This document shows, in pieces, positions 23,153 to 32,000 of a stretch of DNA of 32,000 nt (the stretch's first letter is position 1; every line of letters starts with the position of its first letter). The notes beneath the pieces are model-generated. The model was not told the origin of the DNA. It searched no databases and saw only the letters and a list, made by a program, of their open reading frames with translations. Source of the DNA: Mycobacterium tuberculosis H37Rv (GTDB lineage Bacteria > Actinomycetota > Actinomycetes > Mycobacteriales > Mycobacteriaceae). Where the stretch lies: assembly GCF_000195955.2 (NCBI RefSeq), contig NC_000962.3:2400001-2432000 (forward strand). Reading direction: 5' to 3'. The translations under genes were made by a program, and so were the position numbers.

Positions 23153-23176
23153 TTAAGCACGAACGTTCGTGTTTAA
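23153..23176. promoter_or_regulatory. Palindromic operator candidate (TetR-type) upstream of the LLM oxidoreductase/TetR/AhpD-like module
   Basis: TTAAGCACGAACGTTCGTGTTTAA: perfect 14-bp core CACGAACGTTCGTG (23158-23171), one mismatched pair, then TTAA/TTAA; 15 bp upstream of the start codon at 23137. Confidence 0.75.
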
Positions 23177-23239
23177 CGATGGTCCGCCTGGGGCGTGCTG
23201 TCAATGCCGGATTGCGTGACCGCTCGCTCGGGGCCCGGG

Positions 23240-24838
23240 TCAGCCGTCGGCGCCGTTTGCTCCAGGGGTGCCGAACAGCACACCACGGCTGCCGCCGGCA
23301 CCACCACTTCCGACGGGTATGCCGAAGCCGCCGGCCCCGCCGTTGCCGCCGTTGCCGATCACCACGGCGTTGCCGCCGTTGCCCCCGTTACCACCGTCGC
23401 CTTTAACGCCTGGGGGGCCGTCGCCGCCTTCCCCGCCGTTGCCGCCGCGCCCGCCGTCACCGATCAGCCTGGCGTTGCCGCCGGCGCCGCCGTCACCGGC
23501 ATTACCCGGCGTGGGAGCCTGTCCGCCGTTGCCGCCGTCCCCGCCGCCGCCGCCGCTGCCGATCAGCCCGCCGATCCCGCCGGCACCGCCGATGCCGCCG
23601 TCCCCGCCGCTGGTGCCGGCCGACGAGAAGCCGCCGTTGCCGCCGCGCCCGCCGACGCCGCCGTTGCCGTAGAACAGCCCGCCGTTGCCGCCGGCCGCGC
23701 CGGCGCCGCCGGACCCCGCATCGGCAAGGGTGGAGCTGTTGTCGTTGCCCCCGTTGCCGCCGGCACCGCCGTTGCCGCCGTTGCCGATCAGCCCGACGTG
23801 CCCACCGGCCCCACCGGCCCCACCGGCCCCACCGGCGCCGCCGGCCCCACCGCTGTTGCCGTGGCCACCGTTGCCGCCGTGCCCCCCGTCGCCGCCATTA
23901 CCGATCAGGGCGGCCCCGCCGGCACCACCCGCCCCACCGCTGGCGCCGGTGTTGCTGAGCCCGCCGTTACCGCCGTCACCGCCGGCGCCACCGTTGCCGA
24001 TCAGCCCGGCGGCGCCGCCGGCACCGCCGTTTCCGCCGTGCACCCCGGTCACCCCGTTGCTTCCGTTCCCACCAGCCCCGCCGGCCCCGCCGTCGCCGTA
24101 CAGCAGCCCGCCGCGCCCTCCGTCACCACCGGCGCCGCCGGCCCCCGGTGCCCCGGATGCGCTGCCGCCGGCCCCGCCGGCCCCGCCATGGCCCCACAGC
24201 CCGGCGGCCCCGCCGGCCCCGCCGGCGGGGCTGACGCCCCCGGCGGTGCCGAGCCCGGCCGCACCCCCGGGCCCCCCGTTGCCGTACAGCCATCCGCCAT
24301 TGCCGCCCGCACCTCCCGCTCCGGTGGCCGCACCCGCGCCTCCGGCCCCGCCGTTGCCGATCAGCCCCGCCGATCCGCCGTTGCCGCCGTTGGGATTGGC
24401 GGTGTCACCGGCCCCGCCGTTACCACCGTTGCCGTACAACAAGCCGCCGGGCCCACCGTTTTGCCCGGGACCCCCGTCGGCGCCGTTGCCGATCAACGGG
24501 CGCCCCAGCAACGTTTGGGTGGGCGCGTTGATCGCGTTGAGCAGGGTCTGCTGCACGTTGGCGGCCTCGGCGCTGGCATACGAGCCCGCGCCGGCGTTCA
24601 GGGCCCGCACGAACTGGTTGTGATACGCCGCCAGCTGAGCGCTCAACGTCTGATAGCCCTGGGCGTGCGACCCGAACAACGCCGAGATCGCCACCGACAC
24701 CTCGTCGGCGCCGGCCGCCAGGATTCCCATCGTGGGGCCTGCCGCCGCCGCACTGGCGGCGCTGATCGACGACCCGATGTTCGCCAAATCCGTGGCGGCC
24801 GCTGCCATCACCTCCGGCGCCGCAATCACAAACGACAT
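23240..24838 (-). CDS. PE_PGRS38: PE_PGRS family protein
   Basis: PE domain [56 protein letters not shown] followed by hundreds of residues of GGA/GNGG repeats. Paralogue number recalled from genomic context. Confidence 0.93.
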   Translation of the reverse strand: MSFVIAAPEVMAAAATDLANIGSSISAASAAAAGPTMGILAAGADEVSVAISALFGSHAQGYQTLSAQLAAYHNQFVRALNAGAGSYASAEAANVQQTLLNAINAPTQTLLGRPLIGNGADGGPGQNGGPGGLLYGNGGNGGAGDTANPNGGNGGSAGLIGNGGAGGAGAATGAGGAGGNGGWLYGNGGPGGAAGLGTAGGVSPAGGAGGAAGLWGHGGAGGAGGSASGAPGAGGAGGDGGRGGLLYGDGGAGGAGGNGSNGVTGVHGGNGGAGGAAGLIGNGGAGGDGGNGGLSNTGASGGAGGAGGAALIGNGGDGGHGGNGGHGNSGGAGGAGGAGGAGGAGGHVGLIGNGGNGGAGGNGGNDNSSTLADAGSGGAGAAGGNGGLFYGNGGVGGRGGNGGFSSAGTSGGDGGIGGAGGIGGLIGSGGGGGDGGNGGQAPTPGNAGDGGAGGNARLIGDGGRGGNGGEGGDGPPGVKGDGGNGGNGGNAVVIGNGGNGGAGGFGIPVGSGGAGGSRGVLFGTPGANGADG

Positions 24839-25047
24839 CCCGCACCTCCGACCAGCTCAGCACAACTTCACGAATCCCAGACCTGCGACACCGTCGGCAG
24901 GGCTTTCGATCCTATAACAATCTGAAAACAGGATGTCGCACTTTCCTTAAAAGAGCTTCCGCCAACCCGATCGTCAGCGCGCACATGTTGCGCAAAAGTT
25001 GTTGGAGCCGAAACGAACCGGCGCGCGCCGTTACCGGCGCCGCCGCC

Positions 25048-27087
25048 CTAGGTGGCCTGCAAGACCAAAGGAGGCCCGGGATCGGGTGACAGCGGGACGT
25101 TTTCGCGCTGCATCAGCCAGCCCGCGATGTTGTGGAACAGCGGGGCGGCCGAGTGCCCAGGCGCGCCGTCGGAGTTGCGCGCCGGGTTGTCCAACATGAT
25201 GCCGATCACGTAGCGGGGATTGTCGGCAGTGGCGATTCCGGCGAAGGTGATCCAATACACGTCGTCGAAGTAGCAGCCGCAGCCAGGGTTGATCTGCTGC
25301 GCGGTACCGGTCTTGCCGGCCATCTGATAGCCGGGCACCCCGGCCGTCGGCCCGGTACCCTGCTGGTAGCCCATCGGATCGCGTTGCACCACGGCACGCA
25401 GCATCTGGCGCACGGTCTGGGCGGTCTGCGCCGACACCACGCGAATGTCGTCGGGGCGCGGTTCTTCGGTTCGGCTGCCGTCGGGTGCGACGGTGGCCTT
25501 GATAATGCGTGGGGGTACCCGCACTCCATCGTTGGCGATGGCCTGGTACATGCCGGTCATCTGCAGCAAAGTCATCGAAAGACCTTGGCCAATAGGAAGA
25601 TTAGCGAACGTACTGCCCGACCACTGGTCGATTGGCGGCACCAGTCCGGCGCTCTCACCGGGCAGGCCCACGCCGGTGCGCTGTCCCAACCCGAACTTGC
25701 GGAGCATATCGTAATAGCGTTCCGGTCCGACACGTTGGGAAAGCATCAGCGTGCCGACGTTGGAGGACTTTCCGAACACCCCCGTGGTGGTATAGGGCAT
25801 CACGCCGTGCTCCCAAGCGTCATGCACGGTAACACCGCCCATCTGGATCGAGCCAGGCACCTGTAGCACCTCGTCGGGGCTGCTCAACCCGTGCTCGATG
25901 ACCGCGGACGCGGCGACGATCTTGTTCACCGAGCCCGGCTCGAAGGGCGACGACACCGCCGGGTTGCCCAACTGCTTGTCGCCCTGGCGCCCGATGTCTT
26001 GCGACGGGTCGAAGGTGTTGTCGTTGGCCATCGCGAGCACCTCGCCGGTCTTGGCGTCCAGGACGACGGCCGAGACGTTGTGAGCCCCCGATAGGTTCTT
26101 GGCCTGCTGCACCTGCTGCTGCACGTAGAACTGGATGTCGTTGTCGAGGGTGAGCACGACGGTGGAACCGTGGACCGCCTTGTGCCGATTCCGGTAGCTG
26201 CCGGGGATGACGACGCCGTCTGACCCACGGTCGTAGGTGACCGATCCGTCGGTTCCGGCCAGCACCGCATCCAGGGAGTCCTCCAGACCCAGCAGCCCAT
26301 GACCATCCCAGTCGATGCCACCGACGACGTTTGCCGCCAGCGACCCACCCGGGTACTGACGCAGATCCTGTCTTTCCGCACCGACCTCGGGATACTTCGC
26401 GCAGATCGCGCTGGCGACAGCCGGGTCGACCGCACGCGCCAAGTAGACGAAGGTCTCGTCGCTTTGCAGCTTCTTCAGCACGGCCGCGGCATCTGGCTTG
26501 TTGTTCAGCTTGCCGGCGACCTCCTGGGCGATATCGCGCAGGCGCTGCTGCGGGTCGGGTGCAGCCGACGTCTTCTTCCTGGCCTCTTCCAATTGCCGCC
26601 GAATCCGCTTCGGCTGGAACGTCAGGGCACGCGCCTCGATGGTGAACGCGAGCCGGTCATTGTTGCGGTCGACGATGCTGCCGCGAGCCGCTGGCTGGAC
26701 GTCGGTGACCTTGAGTTGGCCGGCCGCCTGCGCACGCAGGCCCGCGGCATGTGATACCTGCAGAAAGAACAATTGTGTTGCCGCGACCAACATCAACACC
26801 AAGATGACCGCGTTTCCGGTCCGATGCCGAAAGACGAACGACGCACCGCGCGTCCCGACGTCCACCACCTGCCGGGTGCGCCTCGCACGAGTCGAGCGAC
26901 CCGCGGGTGCGACGTCTGACCGTGTCGCAGGGCGGGATTTCGTGGCTTCCTGGGCTTGCCGGGCTTTCTGCGTTTTGCCGGGCCGTTTGCGTTGCCCAAC
27001 CTCCTGGGCTCCCGGTGGCCGGCGCAAACCGCGCGCCGGTCGCGTCGACTGCGACTGACTGGCCCGCCTGGGGGCGGCGCGGCTCAC
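25048..27087 (-). CDS. pbpB: Class B penicillin-binding protein (FtsI/PBP2b-like)
   Basis: 679 aa; PAARGSIVDRNNDRLAFTIEARAL, EPGSVNKIVAASAVIEHG, GKSSNVGTLMLSQ, YQMAGKTGTAQQINPGCGCYFDDVYWITFAGI. Confidence 0.97.
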   Translation of the reverse strand: MSRAAPRRASQSQSTRPARGLRRPPGAQEVGQRKRPGKTQKARQAQEATKSRPATRSDVAPAGRSTRARRTRQVVDVGTRGASFVFRHRTGNAVILVLMLVAATQLFFLQVSHAAGLRAQAAGQLKVTDVQPAARGSIVDRNNDRLAFTIEARALTFQPKRIRRQLEEARKKTSAAPDPQQRLRDIAQEVAGKLNNKPDAAAVLKKLQSDETFVYLARAVDPAVASAICAKYPEVGAERQDLRQYPGGSLAANVVGGIDWDGHGLLGLEDSLDAVLAGTDGSVTYDRGSDGVVIPGSYRNRHKAVHGSTVVLTLDNDIQFYVQQQVQQAKNLSGAHNVSAVVLDAKTGEVLAMANDNTFDPSQDIGRQGDKQLGNPAVSSPFEPGSVNKIVAASAVIEHGLSSPDEVLQVPGSIQMGGVTVHDAWEHGVMPYTTTGVFGKSSNVGTLMLSQRVGPERYYDMLRKFGLGQRTGVGLPGESAGLVPPIDQWSGSTFANLPIGQGLSMTLLQMTGMYQAIANDGVRVPPRIIKATVAPDGSRTEEPRPDDIRVVSAQTAQTVRQMLRAVVQRDPMGYQQGTGPTAGVPGYQMAGKTGTAQQINPGCGCYFDDVYWITFAGIATADNPRYVIGIMLDNPARNSDGAPGHSAAPLFHNIAGWLMQRENVPLSPDPGPPLVLQAT

Positions 27088-28238
27088 CTGGGAGCCCCCG
27101 GCGCCGTTGGCACCGGCGCCGTGACGGGACCGAACTGTTCGCCGTTGGCCGGCACTGGAGCGGGTGGTGCCACCATGGGTTGCGACCCACCCGACAGCCC
27201 GGGCGTCGCAGCCACCGGTGCTGGTCCAGGGAGCCCGGCCGGGGGCGCCGCACCCACCTGGAGCGGCACCGGATTTTCCGCTGGTGCCGGGGATGGCACT
27301 GCGCCGAGCGGAGGAGCCGGCATCGGACCCGGCGCCCCAGGTATCGGCACCGGACCGGGCAGCTGCGGGCCGGCCTGGGTGGGCAGGTGGGTTGCGCCGC
27401 CCAGCGTCGCTGTGCCGTCTGGGGTACGCACCAGCACCTCCGGGCCAGACCGGGCGGGCGGAGCGGGATCATCGGGGCCTGGTGTCACCCGGACCGGCAC
27501 CTCGAGGGGCACCGCCGCGGGTTTCGGGGGCGGCGGCGGATCTTCGGGCAACTTCGTGTTCAGCGGCGGCGGTGGAACTCCGTCAGCCGGCTTGGGTGTA
27601 CCGACCACCACCCAATTGCCGTCCGGATCCTGAACCAGGTGGGCGGTATCCCTCGTCGGGATCATGCCCTGGCGACGAGCCGCCTCGGCCAGCGCCGGCG
27701 CCGACGCAGCCTCGCGTACGTCGCGTTCCAGCGCTTCCTTGTGCTGCTGCAGCATCCGGGTCCGCTCCCGGGCGTTGCTCAGCTGGTAGGACCTCTCGGC
27801 GGCATCGGTGGACAACCACAGTGTGAGGCCTAGTCCGACGCCGAGCGAACCGATAACCAGCACCACAAACGGAACCTTGTTTGCCAACGTGCGCGGCCGC
27901 AGGTCGATCGACGTGAGCCGGGCGGCGAGACGCTCCATCGGCGTAGGACGGACCAGCTTGGGCGCCTTGGCTTTTCGGGCCTTGGCCCGCGCCTTGGCCT
28001 GGCTGGTGTTCTTTGCGGGGGCCGGCCGGTCGAACGGGCTGAGCATCGGGCTGGTTTGCGGTCCAGGGCGCGACACCCGGGCCTGCCGGCCGGGTGCCGA
28101 GGTCTTGCCGGCACGGCTCCGGATGCGGCGCGACGGCGCCGAGTTCGTAGTCGTTCGCCTCGTCGCCGCGGCAGGACTGTCGGCTCTCCTGCGACGATCG
28201 CTGCTGCGGCTTTTCGGTGCCTCACGCTTGGCCCTCAT
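27084..28238 (-). CDS. Proline-rich membrane protein in the FtsL position (FtsL-like)
   Basis: 384 aa; basic N-terminus, one TM ([23 protein letters not shown]), coiled-coil-like [25 protein letters not shown]-rich C-terminus; between rsmH and pbpB. Confidence 0.82.
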   Translation of the reverse strand: MRAKREAPKSRSSDRRRRADSPAAATRRTTTNSAPSRRIRSRAGKTSAPGRQARVSRPGPQTSPMLSPFDRPAPAKNTSQAKARAKARKAKAPKLVRPTPMERLAARLTSIDLRPRTLANKVPFVVLVIGSLGVGLGLTLWLSTDAAERSYQLSNARERTRMLQQHKEALERDVREAASAPALAEAARRQGMIPTRDTAHLVQDPDGNWVVVGTPKPADGVPPPPLNTKLPEDPPPPPKPAAVPLEVPVRVTPGPDDPAPPARSGPEVLVRTPDGTATLGGATHLPTQAGPQLPGPVPIPGAPGPMPAPPLGAVPSPAPAENPVPLQVGAAPPAGLPGPAPVAATPGLSGGSQPMVAPPAPVPANGEQFGPVTAPVPTAPGAPR

Positions 28239-29425
28239 GAATCACCCTTCTCGGTTGCCCATTGCTGCGATTGCGCCCGGTGCTCGACTCGTTGCAGGGC
28301 CCGCAACCGCACTGGAGTACTGCGGGGATTGCGTTCGATCTCAGCCACACTCGCTCGTTCGGCGCCGTGCGTTAACGAACGGAATCGCGGCTCATGGCCG
28401 GGAAGTTCGACCGGAAGTCCCGCAGGGGTGGCCGACGCGACTGCCTCGGCGAACACCCGTTTGACGATCCTGTCCTCTAGCGACTGGTAGGCCAGCACCG
28501 CGATGCGCCCACCGATAGCGAGGGCATCCAGCGCGGCAGGAACGGCCGTGCGCAGCGATTCCAGCTCATCGTTGACCGCGATGCGCAGCGCCTGGAATGT
28601 TCGCTTGGCTGGATGCCCGCCGACACGCCGGGCCGGAGCTGGAATCGCCTGGTACAGCAGGGCAACCAGTTCGGCGGTCGAGGTGAACGGGGTTTTTGCG
28701 CGTCGGCGGACGATACCGGCAGCGATGCGCCGAGCAAACCGCTCCTCTCCGTAGCGACGCAGGATGTCGGCTAGTGCCGCCTCGTCGTAAGTGTTGACAA
28801 TGTCAGCTGCGGTCAACGGCGTCGTCGGGTCCATCCGCATGTCCAATGGCGCGTCCGTGGCGTAGGCGAAGCCCCGCTCGGCGCGGTCGAGCTGCATGGA
28901 TGAGACGCCGAGATCGAACAGGATTCCGTCGACTGATCCCACTGCGGCATAACCGGATTCAGCCAGCGCTGCGCCCAGACAGTCATAGCGGGTGTGCACC
29001 AGGGTAAGTCGGTCAGCGAATCGCACCAGCCGAGACCGCGCGACGTCCAGAGCGGTTGGGTCACGGTCGAGCCCGATCAGGCGCAGACCCGGCAATCCCT
29101 CCAAAAACCGCTCCGCATGCCCGCCCGCGCCGATGGTCGCGTCGAGAAGGACCGCCTGCGAGCCGTCTGGATAGTAGCGGGTTAGTGCGGGGGTAAGCAG
29201 TTCGAAGCAACGTTGCGCCAATACCGGCACATGACCGAAACCGGTTGGCCCCGAACCTGGATCAGCCACCGTGATACCTCCCCAGGTCTGGCAAGCCGTA
29301 CTTCGGGACGCGGCTATTCCAGGCGCCGCCCCTGCACCGAGGTCCCTGTCCGAAGACACGAACCTGGCGTTGGGGAAGTACGCCAGGGTCGCTTCGGGCA
29401 GAGACCACGGTGCACGGGTTTGCAC
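28235..29425 (-). CDS. rsmH: 16S rRNA (cytosine1402-N4)-methyltransferase RsmH/MraW
   Basis: [92 protein letters not shown]. Frame opens to 29512; start near 29425. Confidence 0.95.
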   Translation of the reverse strand: MQTRAPWSLPEATLAYFPNARFVSSDRDLGAGAAPGIAASRSTACQTWGGITVADPGSGPTGFGHVPVLAQRCFELLTPALTRYYPDGSQAVLLDATIGAGGHAERFLEGLPGLRLIGLDRDPTALDVARSRLVRFADRLTLVHTRYDCLGAALAESGYAAVGSVDGILFDLGVSSMQLDRAERGFAYATDAPLDMRMDPTTPLTAADIVNTYDEAALADILRRYGEERFARRIAAGIVRRRAKTPFTSTAELVALLYQAIPAPARRVGGHPAKRTFQALRIAVNDELESLRTAVPAALDALAIGGRIAVLAYQSLEDRIVKRVFAEAVASATPAGLPVELPGHEPRFRSLTHGAERASVAEIERNPRSTPVRLRALQRVEHRAQSQQWATEKGDS

Positions 29426-29426
29426 C

Positions 29427-29858
29427 TCAGAAGATGTCACCGAGTGCTTCATCGCTGGCCGCGGAGAAGTTCTCTTCATGGATTTGTTGGTAGTTCTGCC
29501 AGGCTTGCGCATCCCAGATCTCGAGATAGTCGACCGCGCCGATCACCACACAGTCCTTGGAAAGGCTTGCGTAGCGGCGGTGGTCGGCCGACAAGGTGAT
29601 CCGGCCTTGACTGTCGGGATGCTGTTCGTCGGTACCGGCGGCGAGATTACGTAGGAACGCTCTCGCCTCGGGGTTGCTTCGTGGCGCCTTGCTGGCCCGG
29701 CGCGCCAGCTGCTCGAACGCCGCCCGCGGGTAAACGGCCAGGCTGTGATCTTGGCTCTTGGTGACCATCAACCCCCCTGCCAACGCGTCGCGAAACTTGG
29801 CCGGCAGCGTCAGCCGCCCCTTGTCGTCGAGTTTGGGCGTGTAGGTGCCGAGAAACAT
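29427..29858 (-). CDS. mraZ: Transcriptional regulator MraZ
   Basis: [55 protein letters not shown] (AbrB-like MraZ fold); ATG at 29858, open frame to 29975. Confidence 0.96.
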   Translation of the reverse strand: MFLGTYTPKLDDKGRLTLPAKFRDALAGGLMVTKSQDHSLAVYPRAAFEQLARRASKAPRSNPEARAFLRNLAAGTDEQHPDSQGRITLSADHRRYASLSKDCVVIGAVDYLEIWDAQAWQNYQQIHEENFSAASDEALGDIF

Positions 29859-29908
29859 GGGGCACCTCCCTGCCAAATCCATCTCACCCAAACACCTCAG
29901 CCACCATA

Positions 29909-29933
29909 CCCCACAATCCCCCACTTTGCCCCA
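29909..29933 (-). promoter_or_regulatory. MraZ-box-like array: three TGGGG repeats at exact 10-bp period
   Basis: Minus strand reads TGGGGCAAAGTGGGGGATTGTGGGG (CCCCA at 29909, 29919, 29929 on plus), 51-75 bp upstream of mraZ ATG. Confidence 0.8.
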
Positions 29934-30031
29934 TAACTGGGGTATCAAAGCGGCGTTTTGCCGTCTCTGTACCACTGAAGCGCGCGGCTAGCCCGGCTAC
30001 GACCTCAGAAAACCGCATGTCGCCGGGCAAA

Positions 30032-30068
30032 TGGGTGGCAAGTGGGGCCAAGTGGGGCACAACTGGGG
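30032..30068 (+). promoter_or_regulatory. Second TGGGG array, opposite strand, between mraZ and IS6110
   Basis: tgggtggcaagtggggccaagtggggcacaactgggg; TGGGG at 30043, 30053, 30064 and TGGGT at 30032; includes perfect tandem 10-mer caagtggggc (30039-30048, 30049-30058). Confidence 0.5.
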
Positions 30069-30158
30069 CTCAAACCGGACTCAATATCGCCGACAGCCGG
30101 TGACGACCCGGCTGGGTGAACCGCCCCGGTGAGTCCGGAGACTCTCTGATCTGAGACC

Positions 30159-31043
30159 TCAGCCGGCGGCTGGTCTCTGGCGTTGAGCGTAGTAGGCAGC
30201 CTCGAGTTCGACCGGCGGGACGTCGCCGCAGTACTGGTAGAGGCGGCGATGGTTGAACCAGTCGACCCAGCGCGCGGTGGCCAACTCGACATCCTCGATG
30301 GACCGCCAGGGCTTGCCGGGTTTGATCAGCTCGGTCTTGTATAGGCCGTTGATCGTCTCGGCTAGTGCATTGTCATAGGAGCTTCCGACCGCTCCGACCG
30401 ACGGTTGGATGCCTGCCTCGGCGAGCCGCTCGCTGAACCGGATCGATGTGTACTGAGATCCCCTATCCGTATGGTGGATAACGTCTTTCAGGTCGAGTAC
30501 GCCTTCTTGTTGGCGGGTCCAGATGGCTTGCTCGATCGCGTCGAGGACCATGGAGGTGGCCATCGTGGAAGCGACCCGCCAGCCCAGGATCCTGCGAGCG
30601 TAGGCGTCGGTGACAAAGGCCACGTAGGCGAACCCTGCCCAGGTCGACACATAGGTGAGGTCTGCTACCCACAGCCGGTTAGGTGCTGGTGGTCCGAAGC
30701 GGCGCTGGACGAGATCGGCGGGACGGGCTGTGGCCGGATCAGCGATCGTGGTCCTGCGGGCTTTGCCGCGGGTGGTCCCGGACAGGCCGAGTTTGGTCAT
30801 CAGCCGTTCGACGGTGCATCTGGCCACCTCGATGCCCTCACGGTTCAGGGTTAGCCACACTTTGCGGGCACCGTAAACACCGTAGTTGGCGGCGTGGACG
30901 CGGCTGATGTGCTCCTTGAGTTCGCCATCGCGCAGCTCGCGGCGGCTGGGCTCCCGGTTGATGTGGTCGTAGTAGGTCGATGGGGCGATCGGCACACCCA
31001 GCTCGGTCAGCTGTGTGCAGATCGACTCGACACCCCACCGCAA
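30159..31043 (-). CDS. IS6110 transposase OrfB (rve/DDE integrase core)
   Basis: LWVADLTYVSTWAGFAYVAFVTDAYARRILGWRVA, YDNALAETINGLYKTELI. The reading frame continues upstream toward OrfA and is normally expressed as an OrfAB fusion. Confidence 0.95.
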   Translation of the reverse strand: MRWGVESICTQLTELGVPIAPSTYYDHINREPSRRELRDGELKEHISRVHAANYGVYGARKVWLTLNREGIEVARCTVERLMTKLGLSGTTRGKARRTTIADPATARPADLVQRRFGPPAPNRLWVADLTYVSTWAGFAYVAFVTDAYARRILGWRVASTMATSMVLDAIEQAIWTRQQEGVLDLKDVIHHTDRGSQYTSIRFSERLAEAGIQPSVGAVGSSYDNALAETINGLYKTELIKPGKPWRSIEDVELATARWVDWFNHRRLYQYCGDVPPVELEAAYYAQRQRPAAG

Positions 31044-31093
31044 ACCATCGGGGCCCTCGCGGTGGCCCTGATGATCGGCGATGAACCGGGTAA

Positions 31094-31420
31094 TTAGCGT
31101 GCTGGCCGGTCGAGCTCGGCCGCGAAGAAAGCCGACGCGGTCTTTAAAATCGCGTTCGCCCTTCGCAATTCGGCGTTGTCCCGCCGCAAGCGCTTCAGCT
31201 CAGCGGATTCTTCGGTCGTGGTCCCGGGCCGTGCGCCGGCATCGACCTGCGCCTGGCGCACCCACTTACGCACCGTCTCCGCGCAGCCAACACCAAGTAG
31301 ACGGGCGACCTCACTGATCGCTGCCCACTCCGAATCGTGCTGACCGCGGATCTCTGCGACCATCCGCACCGCCCGCTCACGCAGCTCCGGCGGGTACCTC
31401 CTCGATGAACCACCTGACAT
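31094..31420 (-). CDS. IS6110 transposase OrfA (HTH_Tnp_1)
   Basis: MSGGSSRRYPPELRERAVRMVAEIRGQHDSEWAAISEVARLLGVGCAETVRKWVRQAQVDAG...LKRLRRDNAELRRANAILKTASAFFAAEL. Confidence 0.96.
   Translation of the reverse strand: MSGGSSRRYPPELRERAVRMVAEIRGQHDSEWAAISEVARLLGVGCAETVRKWVRQAQVDAGARPGTTTEESAELKRLRRDNAELRRANAILKTASAFFAAELDRPAR
31142..31149 (-). promoter_or_regulatory. Programmed -1 frameshift slippery site of IS6110 (TTTTAAAG)
   Basis: Minus strand CGCGATTTTAAAGACC within the 3' part of orfA, where the OrfB frame takes over; known element for this IS. Confidence 0.8.
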
Positions 31421-31514
31421 GACCCCATCCTTTCCAAGAACTGGAGTCTCCGGACATGCCGGGGCGGTTCAGGGGCTTCCCGAGACTGCGATTCCCAAAC
31501 GATGACGCCCAAAC

Positions 31515-31545
31515 AAAAAGCGGGACCGCCGATGGCTGCCCCGCT
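31515..31545 (-). terminator. Candidate intrinsic terminator downstream of the DUF3040-like gene
   Basis: Minus strand AGCGGG-(15 nt)-CCCGCTTTTTG; 20 bp beyond the stop at 31565. Stem only 6 bp and loop long, so modest support. Confidence 0.4.
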
Positions 31546-31564
31546 GCCGCTGGTTGCGTTCGGC

Positions 31565-31969
31565 TTACTCGTCGAAGCGGCGCCGGAACCGATCTTCCAT
31601 ACGGCTGGTGAATGAGCCCCCGGCCCCCTTGGTACGACGCTGGCGCGAAGCCCCAGCAGCCGATCCGCCACGATCCATCCTGCCGGACAACCGAGGACCG
31701 GTGATGGCATACACCACACCACCGAACATCACGACAAAACCGAAAACGCTGAGTATCGGGAAACTTCCGATCATGGTCTCTTTGAACGCCACGCCGGAAA
31801 CCAACATCCCCAGACCGATGATGAACAACGCCGCGCCCTGCAGGCGCCGCCGCGCGGTCGGTGCGCGGAAGCCCCCGCCACGGACACTCGATGCGAACTT
31901 GGGATCTTCGGCGTAGAGAGCGCTCTCGATCTGGTCAAGCATCCGCTGCTCATGATCGGAGAGTGGCAT
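31565..31969 (-). CDS. DUF3040-like small membrane protein
   Basis: 134 aa; MPLSDHEQRMLDQIESALYAEDPKFASSVRG, two TM segments (LQGAALFIIGLGMLVSGVAF, ILSVFGFVVMFGGVVYAI). Confidence 0.85.
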   Translation of the reverse strand: MPLSDHEQRMLDQIESALYAEDPKFASSVRGGGFRAPTARRRLQGAALFIIGLGMLVSGVAFKETMIGSFPILSVFGFVVMFGGVVYAITGPRLSGRMDRGGSAAGASRQRRTKGAGGSFTSRMEDRFRRRFDE

Positions 31970-32000
31970 GCGTCCCTCCTTGCCGACAGACTGTCACGTA

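Larger units (their letters stand above)
30117..31471 (-). mobile_element. IS6110 (IS3 family), complete
   Basis: 1355 bp; termini TGAACCGCCCCGGTGAGTCCGGAGACTC (30117-30144) and complement of TGAACCGCCCCGGCATGTCCGGAGACTC (31444-31471); flanking GGG duplication (30114-30116 / 31472-31474); encodes IS3-type OrfA and OrfB. Confidence 0.98.

Noticed and set aside
23240-24838. CRISPR-like or tandem DNA array within the PE_PGRS gene
   Set aside because: Repeats are imperfect, short (multiples of 9 nt), in frame and encode Gly-Gly-X; no regular spacers. Explained by the protein family.
23195-24925. 576-aa plus-strand ORF antisense to the PE_PGRS gene
   Set aside because: Low-complexity A/V/P/G translation is the expected mirror image of GGC/GCC-rich PGRS repeats. 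No independent family signal; common artefact in these genes.
31094-31199. Apparent frameshift/pseudogene between IS6110 OrfA and OrfB
   Set aside because: Separate frames with a TTTTAAAG slippery site are the normal programmed -1 frameshift organisation of this IS3-family element.

Overview
This 32 kb, high-GC window is recognisable from its proteins and gene order as the dcw (division and cell wall) region of a Mycobacterium tuberculosis complex genome. It probably corresponds to the Rv2140c-Rv2169c interval of an H37Rv-like strain; that match is from memory and was not searched. Nearly all genes are on the minus strand. Read in transcription order, right to left, they are: DUF3040-like membrane protein; IS6110 (complete, 1355 bp, 28-bp imperfect inverted repeats, GGG duplication); mraZ; rsmH; an FtsL-like proline-rich protein; pbpB; PE_PGRS; LLM-class (F420-type) oxidoreductase; frameshifted TetR; AhpD/CMD-like protein; murE; murF; mraY; murD; ftsW; murG; murC; ftsQ; ftsZ; YfiH-like; YggS-like; sepF; YggT-like; wag31; small membrane protein. 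To their left are a plus-strand phosphoribosyltransferase ORF with a foreign N-terminus, a ParDE-type toxin-antitoxin pair next to tRNA-Leu(GAG), a 58-bp VNTR, an M20 peptidase and a truncated PEBP-like gene. I found no clear undescribed multi-gene system. The observations most worth checking are: (1) a near-perfect palindromic TetR-type operator upstream of the oxidoreductase/broken-TetR/AhpD-like module, which runs with only a 22-bp gap into murE-ftsQ; (2) an exact 19-bp duplication of the tRNA-Leu 3' end bracketing the parDE pair, like an att-flanked mini-island; (3) two oppositely oriented TGGGG arrays (MraZ-box-like) between mraZ and IS6110; (4) a composite ORF joining an amidohydrolase fragment to a phosphoribosyltransferase domain; (5) IS6110 in the same orientation as the dcw cluster and about 260 bp upstream of mraZ.
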